From Balanoglossus misakiensis (taxonomy: Eukaryota > Animalia > Hemichordata): 64,000 nt of DNA. The translations under genes and the position numbers were made by a program. Shown here in pieces: positions 51,931-64,000 of this stretch. The number at the start of each line of letters is the position of its first letter. The stretch's first letter is position 1. The notes beneath the pieces are model-generated. The model saw only the letters and a list, made by a program, of their open reading frames with translations, was not told the origin of the DNA and did not search any database. Location: NCBI GenBank assembly GCA_040954595.2, contig CM082584.2:9443061-9507060 (forward strand), in the 5' to 3' direction.

Positions 51931-53031
51931 TTCAATGCTCACCTGGTCAGCTGTGTGCGTTGGAGGACATCAACAAACACCGATCCCACACTGGCATCTC
52001 AACTGCACTAACTGATAAGTGGCAGGTATGGCGATTTTTGAATAAATCACAGCATGACTAGCTACCTGAATGTCGATATGCACGTTTATTCTGCGTGACC
52101 ACCCGGTCCAGATTTGTCGACTGTGTTTACTATCAGAGTCAATGTTGACCCCACAGTGACCTCAAATGACATGGTTCCAGGCTCGTCCCTTAACCACGTA
52201 TCGTGATACATACTTAAAAGGGGCGGTCAACCTATACACCGACCAAATGTACGCCGTGATCTTAAAAGTGAAATATTACAAATAAACAAGTGGTAAACAA
52301 ATCGAGTATAAGGCAGTTCTGTGGTAAAATGTGCCGAAATTTGACATTTTAATTGTTTCCTGCCGCCATTAAACAGCGCCACCAATGGGACCAGTGACGC
52401 TATCCCAAGTCCTTGTTTTTTATAAACAATGCATGAAGCTTGTTACTCCGAAGCGATACAGCTATCTGTAAAGTTGAGCACGCCAATTTAAAAAACAACA
52501 ACAAGATGTTGTAATTGACTAACCTTGTATTATGAGTTCGTTAAGTATGGAAATTAACCCTATGCCTTTCAAAATGACACAGGTGTTGTACAATGGCGTC
52601 AACAATTCAAGCCGTAACAGATGTAGTCAATTTGATGTAAGGTCAGCTGATTGTTTAAGTTGCCTTACATATCGCCGGTCAGTTTATGCTGACTCACTTG
52701 CTATGACAATGGTATATTCTCAGTTGTTTCCCTGAGCGAAAATATTCGACAGGAAGTTCACTTTTAACCGTTTTAGAACATGGTCCGTCGTTTGAATTGG
52801 GTTTGGAAAGCAGTCGTGGGTTCAGACAGCACATTTCAGTGGAGGCTGGTCTTTTTAAAACATCTGTCTGACTTTATAGGCGTCACCCGACACATGCATG
52901 ACACACGGTTATGTCAAATGTGCGCTTAATGAATCGATTTAAAATTTATAAATTGTCAGTAAATATTTATAGATCCGCCTGCTGCTTAATTACATATTTT
53001 TCAAATCGGCACTTTCAATATTGATGTGAAG

Positions 53032-54607
53032 ATGGCATTTTGTCTTGTGGTCATATGTCTGCTCTTGTTAGCGGACGGGGTACGTAAAATACCGTATTAT
53101 ACCTCATTGAAACGCACCGTTTGTCACCGGTTTCAGAAATAGCAAATACGTAGCTGTATACAGGACCATGACGTTAATTTTGAACCTCGAAATTTCATTT
53201 GTCATGAACATTATGGTCAGGGAGCACCAGTCTGAGGGCAGACTACGAATCATGATATTGCTCGAAACATGAATTTTTTCACGTTTTCTTATTTTCCCAG
53301 GTCGCCCGCATCGATGGCAGTATGTAATCTTGCACATATTTTACTTGAAAGAACTGGCGCGCGATTTATTCTCGTTGCCGTCTACTCGTATTAGTCAACA
53401 TCCTCCCCATACAATGCATGCGATTACATTTCTACTTTCTCATCAATTCCTCCATATATTAATGGTGACTGTTTTCATTCTTCCTTTTAATAATAAATGC
53501 AGAATTGGGACCATCAGAAAATATATTAATTCTGTCTTCTTCACTGGGGACTATATTAAAGATAACTATGTAGTACATGTATACTACCTTATAAATTTCT
53601 CTCACTGAATGATCTGGAGGCCCAACGTGACTTAATACTTACTCTGATTAATTTGGTTTCTCATAAAGTCGTCGCTACTATGACTCCCTTATCGTGTCAA
53701 CTGTCGTTCGTTGGAGTGTTCTTAGTTATGTAGACATAAACTACAAATTTTGTAAACGTTAAGTAAAATATTGCATGATTTTAAAATCATCGTGATTATT
53801 TTGACTGGATAGTTTTGCCTCTGTTTTTATATATGATGTGTTTTGTTCTCTTTTAGCACCAGCTTTGATAGGAGTCACTTCAGACGGTCATTTAATCGGC
53901 CGAGAAGAAGACAATTCCCCGTGGAGCGACCCGGTCCCGGACAGCTGCTGCGTCACAAACGTCGCCGTGATGCCGGACGGTTCGTTGATCGGCGTGGGCG
54001 CTGACGACCAGAGCCTGTACGTCAAGGAGTCGTACTACACCGGCGCCTGGGAGGGACCCGTGCCGAACAGTTGTTGCGTCACCGACGTCGCCACCATGCC
54101 GGACGGCACCATCCTGGGCATCAGTTCTCCCCGAAGGAGGCTGGTGTCCCGGGATGGTTTGGACGGGTCCTGGGTGGAGGCTCCCCGGGGAATGGGCGCG
54201 GTGGGCGTGGATGCTCTCCCCGATGGTCGCCTCCTGGGCGTGGCACCCTCCGGGGCTACCAAGCTGCGCAGCAACGGGTTGAAAGGTCAATGGCGTATGG
54301 TCAGAGCTGCTGGTGTGAAGGTCAAGGATATCGCGGTGCAGCCAAACGGCAAGGTTATCGGGATCGACAAGGCTACCTGCGCTCTCCATCTGAGAGACTT
54401 GAATGGAACGCCCGGGAGATGGACTAAACCATTCGAACACTCCGGATGTGTGTCGTCCATCGTATCAGCAGGAAATATAGGTAAAAATCAGATTAATATT
54501 CCCCCTTCCCCTTTATTGTGGTTCATTCTTCATATAGTTTCGTTGATGATACCTGTAAAATTGGCCTTGTCTATAATCCTTGTCCTCTCATGATCTAGAT
54601 GCCAGTA

Positions 54608-54649
<42 letters not shown>

Positions 54650-55336
54650 TATCATCTTGTCAACGACGGTGGCGGCGACGGTGGTGGTGGTGGTGGTGGT
54701 GAATTTATGTTACAATAAGTGGATTTTTTTTTACTCTACATATGATGTATTTTTCAAAATTATTACGATTTGCTTTAAACCCGGTCATCTTTCTTCACAG
54801 TGGAATCAGAAGATATCTCCTTTATTACCGGAACTCCATTGCCTGGTATAAACCCAGAAGCCCCGAAAGTACAAACTGAGGCACCAGTTGAACCAACAGA
54901 GGCACCAGTTGTACCGACAGAGGAACCGCGAGTACCAACTGAACCCCCCGCGATGAATATCAAGGCGCTGGCAACCAATCCTCGAGCACGTGGTACGGTA
55001 TACTTAATGTTAACCATTTATTACTCAGGCTAAAACTTGAAGAGATTGAAACACATCGGAAAAATTGTGACCTTTCCGAGCCAAATGCTGTTGCAGAACC
55101 AATAATTTTTGTTCAAAAACGTTTACCCTGTGTTTATTTGATTTTCAGGGTATACACACTGCGGGGGCCTAGCCGCTGGAATCTATCCCTACGAGCCAGA
55201 CTGCAGCCAGTTTCTGGAATGCAGCGGCCACAGTGAGGTTGGTATCGTCGGACAGTGTCCACTGAATTTTCTCTTCAGCAGAACAACTCTCCTCTGTGGT
55301 GCGCCAAGTTCGGTTCCCGAGTGCCACCAGGAGTAG
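53032..55336 (+). CDS. Secreted five-repeat beta-propeller (tachylectin/tectonin-like) + Pro/Thr/Glu linker + CBM14 chitin-binding domain, 356 aa
   Basis: Exons 53032-53079, 53301-53319, 53857-54480, 54801-54992 and 55149-55336 (1071 nt). Signal peptide MAFCLVVICLLLLADG; five about 41-aa repeats (LIGV...L..R......W.......V..VA..PDG); PTEAPV repeats; C-terminal six-Cys domain CGGLAAGIYPYEPDCSQFLEC...QCPLNFLFSRTTLLC...VPEC. AATAAA at 55516. Confidence 0.87.
54608..54701. repeat. (CAT)n and (GGT)n microsatellites
   Basis: Direct reading, intronic. Confidence 0.9.
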
Positions 55337-56164
55337 TGATGGTTGTACGGGTCAATACATTTGCAAAACGAATGTTATAATTCTAATTATAACGTTGCAG
55401 TAAGCAGGAAACGAGGTTGTTTCTATGCTATCTCCCTATTCAGTGATACCGAATCGAAATCTGTGGTTAAAGATTTCCCCGGTAACGATCTCGGTTAACT
55501 TAACTATCCCCCTTCAATAAAGGTGTAAGCTGGTACACTTCCTAGCGCGTATAGTCAGTTTTTGCGCCCTCAAAGAGAGTATGGGAAGGCAGGCAGACAG
55601 ATACACATAGCATTTCAAAAAGGTTTCAACTTGAAGGCAAACGTTCAGATGTTGAACGACACGAGAACCACAAACCTAAGTGGCACTTGAAGACACGAGC
55701 GAATTATCCGGCTTATAAAACGTGACCAACGTGCGCTGCTGTGTGTACAGATTTCCTATTGGTCTGAAGGCGACCACGCGCTATACTTTCGCCCGGTGCT
55801 TTCAACATTGGCATTCGTGTTTTACCACCAATGTCTCGCGAGAATAACCGGCTACGAGATTTTGGAAGTAGAATTGGAAATGGAATCATCTTCGGAGTTG
55901 AAATGACTTCACTCACAACGAATTTATTAATTGCAACACAGAACAGAGACAAATGTTTTAATTTCCCACCTGGAAATGATTTAACAGACCAGCAAACTTC
56001 TTTGTTCGATACGAACCATGTCACTACGACGTATGGAATACGAGTTCTGTTACGTCCTGTGTGCTCTGTCGTTTCTTTGTGTAAAGAAAACTTAAAAACG
56101 CATTTTACTGATCGTCTCGTCGGGGTTGAACAAGACAACCGTTGACCTCTGTACAAGGAGCTGT

Positions 56165-61755
<5,591 letters not shown>

Positions 61756-62735
61756 GGTTTGCTATGTCCGACAGTTACAGGCAAGTCAGGTTTGTCGTCA
61801 ATACGCGACCTGTTGTAAATTGACTATCAGTGCTGCACACCTGGCCTGAGGCTGATAGCGCTCATGAACAGAATGAAGACAGCAAATATCAGCCGCCTAC
61901 ACTTCGCCTGAAACTGGCGCATGCGTCCAAATCAAGTGCTTTTCAAAAAGTTATTTTCATACTTTCTTGTTTCGTAATAATGGGTGCTGTAGAAATAAAT
62001 GCACGACGGAGACATCACTGCTATACGTCTAGGCGCGGTCTATAGACAAAAAACCTGCATTTAAATTCACGTGCACTTTGAGTTCTCTCCACTTGTCTGA
62101 TCGTATTTTCCCATGAAAAGCACTTTCAATATTTAAATTCATGAAATACAGTTAACATAACATTTTTTTCAAACTCTTACTGCAGTGAGCTGTCGACCTT
62201 TTATCTAGAAAGCAATTATTATAATGTAATGTGACCCCCATCACTTTTCTCCCCCCCCCCCCTGTTTTCCAGAAGAATCAATCGAACGTGACGCAAAAAA
62301 ATCATCATTAGCAGTAATGGGCACAGTTTTGTGATGGCCTCTCCTCGAAAATATAACCATTAAAGACGCCCGGTGTCGTTCAAAGAAAGGGTCAAGCTCA
62401 CGACATGACAAATGCCATTGTGAGTGTCAGTACGCATCCGGTATAGTGGCAACAAGTCCGGGTAATCTTTACTCTGTCAACAGCATAGCCACAATGTCCT
62501 TTATTTGTGCGTCGTTATCGGGATGGAAGGCTCGTGTTTCATATATTTAAATACTGTGGAGTAAAAGAAGAAGAAGTCCCTCATGTTACAATTTAGTAAT
62601 GAGCAATTTGGTAATTGAGCAAAAACAAGGCCTATGAGATTTTGGTTTCCAAGGTTACCATTTTCAATGATTTGCATTTTACATCTAGTGAAATAATGAG
62701 CAGTACAATTTGTTGAGGCGGATGTAATATAGACC

Positions 62736-62736
<1 letters not shown>

Positions 62737-62832
<96 letters not shown>
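62737..62832. repeat. (TAGA)n microsatellite
   Basis: Direct reading. Confidence 0.97.
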
Positions 62833-62934
62833 TCGTTCGAGGGCGCTTGACAAAGTAAGGAAGGGGCGCCACATGCGGCGACTTCGAGAGAAAGATAGTT
62901 CGTTTTCTGAAAATGTGGAAAAAGTGTGTGACAA

Positions 62935-62935
62935 T

Positions 62936-62990
<55 letters not shown>

Positions 62991-63068
62991 CAGAGAGAGA
63001 GAGGGGGGAGACAGAGAGAGAGAGTGAGAGAGAGGAGACAGAGAGAGACAGACAGAGGGGAAGAGAGA
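62935..63068. repeat. (TG)n then (GA)n compound repeat
   Basis: Direct reading. Confidence 0.95.
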
Positions 63069-64000
63069 ACACACAAGAAAATTTGTCTGTTTTCTTGTTT
63101 TTATTTTCTAAGCCGCATACAGTTTCAGTTTTAATGGTGCAACTCTTTCGTTCGTCGCTCGCCCGTGCTTTGTTCAGACAGTAAGTTGACACTGATCAAT
63201 GTGTTTGCAGAAAACACAAAGGCCCCGGGATCGTATTTTAACTCCAAGTAGGGGCTACGTACTAGAAGGGGTGTATCACAGCGAATGCGGAGAGAACTGT
63301 TTGTATACACATCTGAATCTTTGCAGGACTCGAAACGAGGAGAGAAATCGCCTCGCACAGGGTGTTGGGCCACACAACTTGAACACTTAAAAGTGTGCAT
63401 TATCGCTTGCGCTGAGAGCTGAAAGGGACGCCTTGACCTTACACTTTGAACGGGCAGACTACACCAGACGTCAGAATGACGATACGGGGAGAGGGCTGGG
63501 ACGCCAGTCTTTTCGAGGTAAAGTCACATGCCATGTAAAATGGCTAATTATCTGACTGTTTAATAGTGGCGATTTCGAATTCGACAGGTCAACTTTTGCA
63601 TCATCGGACGCTTGAGGGCGTCAGACTCGTTGCTGAAGAAGAGCGTGTCAGTTGTAATACTAAATAGAAATGGCCATGGTGCATGCCCGCAGCAACGTTG
63701 TTCCGCTGTTCATCTCGTTCTCAGGGACAGACGAACACATTTTATGCATTAACCTCCCCGCCTTGTTTTTCGCGTCTCGGAATGCGTAAACTTTGGGCAA
63801 CGGGGAAATGAAACCACTCTCGCGGAGAGGCGCGTGTTGTTTTCGCTGAAAACCGAGCCCCGGTTACAAAGGAGTGGACGAAACGGCCACATGCACTTGT
63901 GTGCACCACTCCTTTTCTTGTCGTGCCATTCAATAGCCTCGTTCACAAATGCACCACCGGAAAAAAAATCCGCGAGGGGAGCTCTCCAGCCAACACCACT

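Noticed and set aside
62632-63192. IYLS and SL/ER-rich ORFs
   Set aside because: Translations of (TAGA)n and (GA)n repeats.

Overview
Intron-rich animal genomic DNA, not prokaryotic: GT-AG introns, microsatellites, no CRISPR, rRNA or tRNA seen. The gene content suggests a marine invertebrate, possibly a hemichordate-like deuterostome (inference only). I spliced seven genes by hand, left to right. (1) A partial secreted Cys-repeat gene (-), cut by the window edge. (2) Its tandem paralog (-), 337 aa: signal peptide, two beta-defensin-like Cys repeats, His-rich microexons and a VWD domain. (3) An 858-aa protein (+): two CARDs, a Ser/Pro/Arg linker, a coiled coil and six divergent ubiquitin-like domains with no di-glycine. 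(4) CPLANE1/C5orf42 (-), about 25 kb. (5) TMEM38/TRIC (+), head-to-head with CPLANE1. (6) IPP/KLHL27 (-). (7) A secreted five-repeat beta-propeller with a Pro/Thr linker and a CBM14 chitin-binding domain (+). An eighth gene follows: a two-TM NIT-domain guanylyl cyclase (-). The most striking candidate for an undescribed system is the 2CARD-6xUbl protein, which looks like a RIG-I-type tandem CARD fused to its own polyubiquitin mimic. Domain names come from motif recognition, not database searches.
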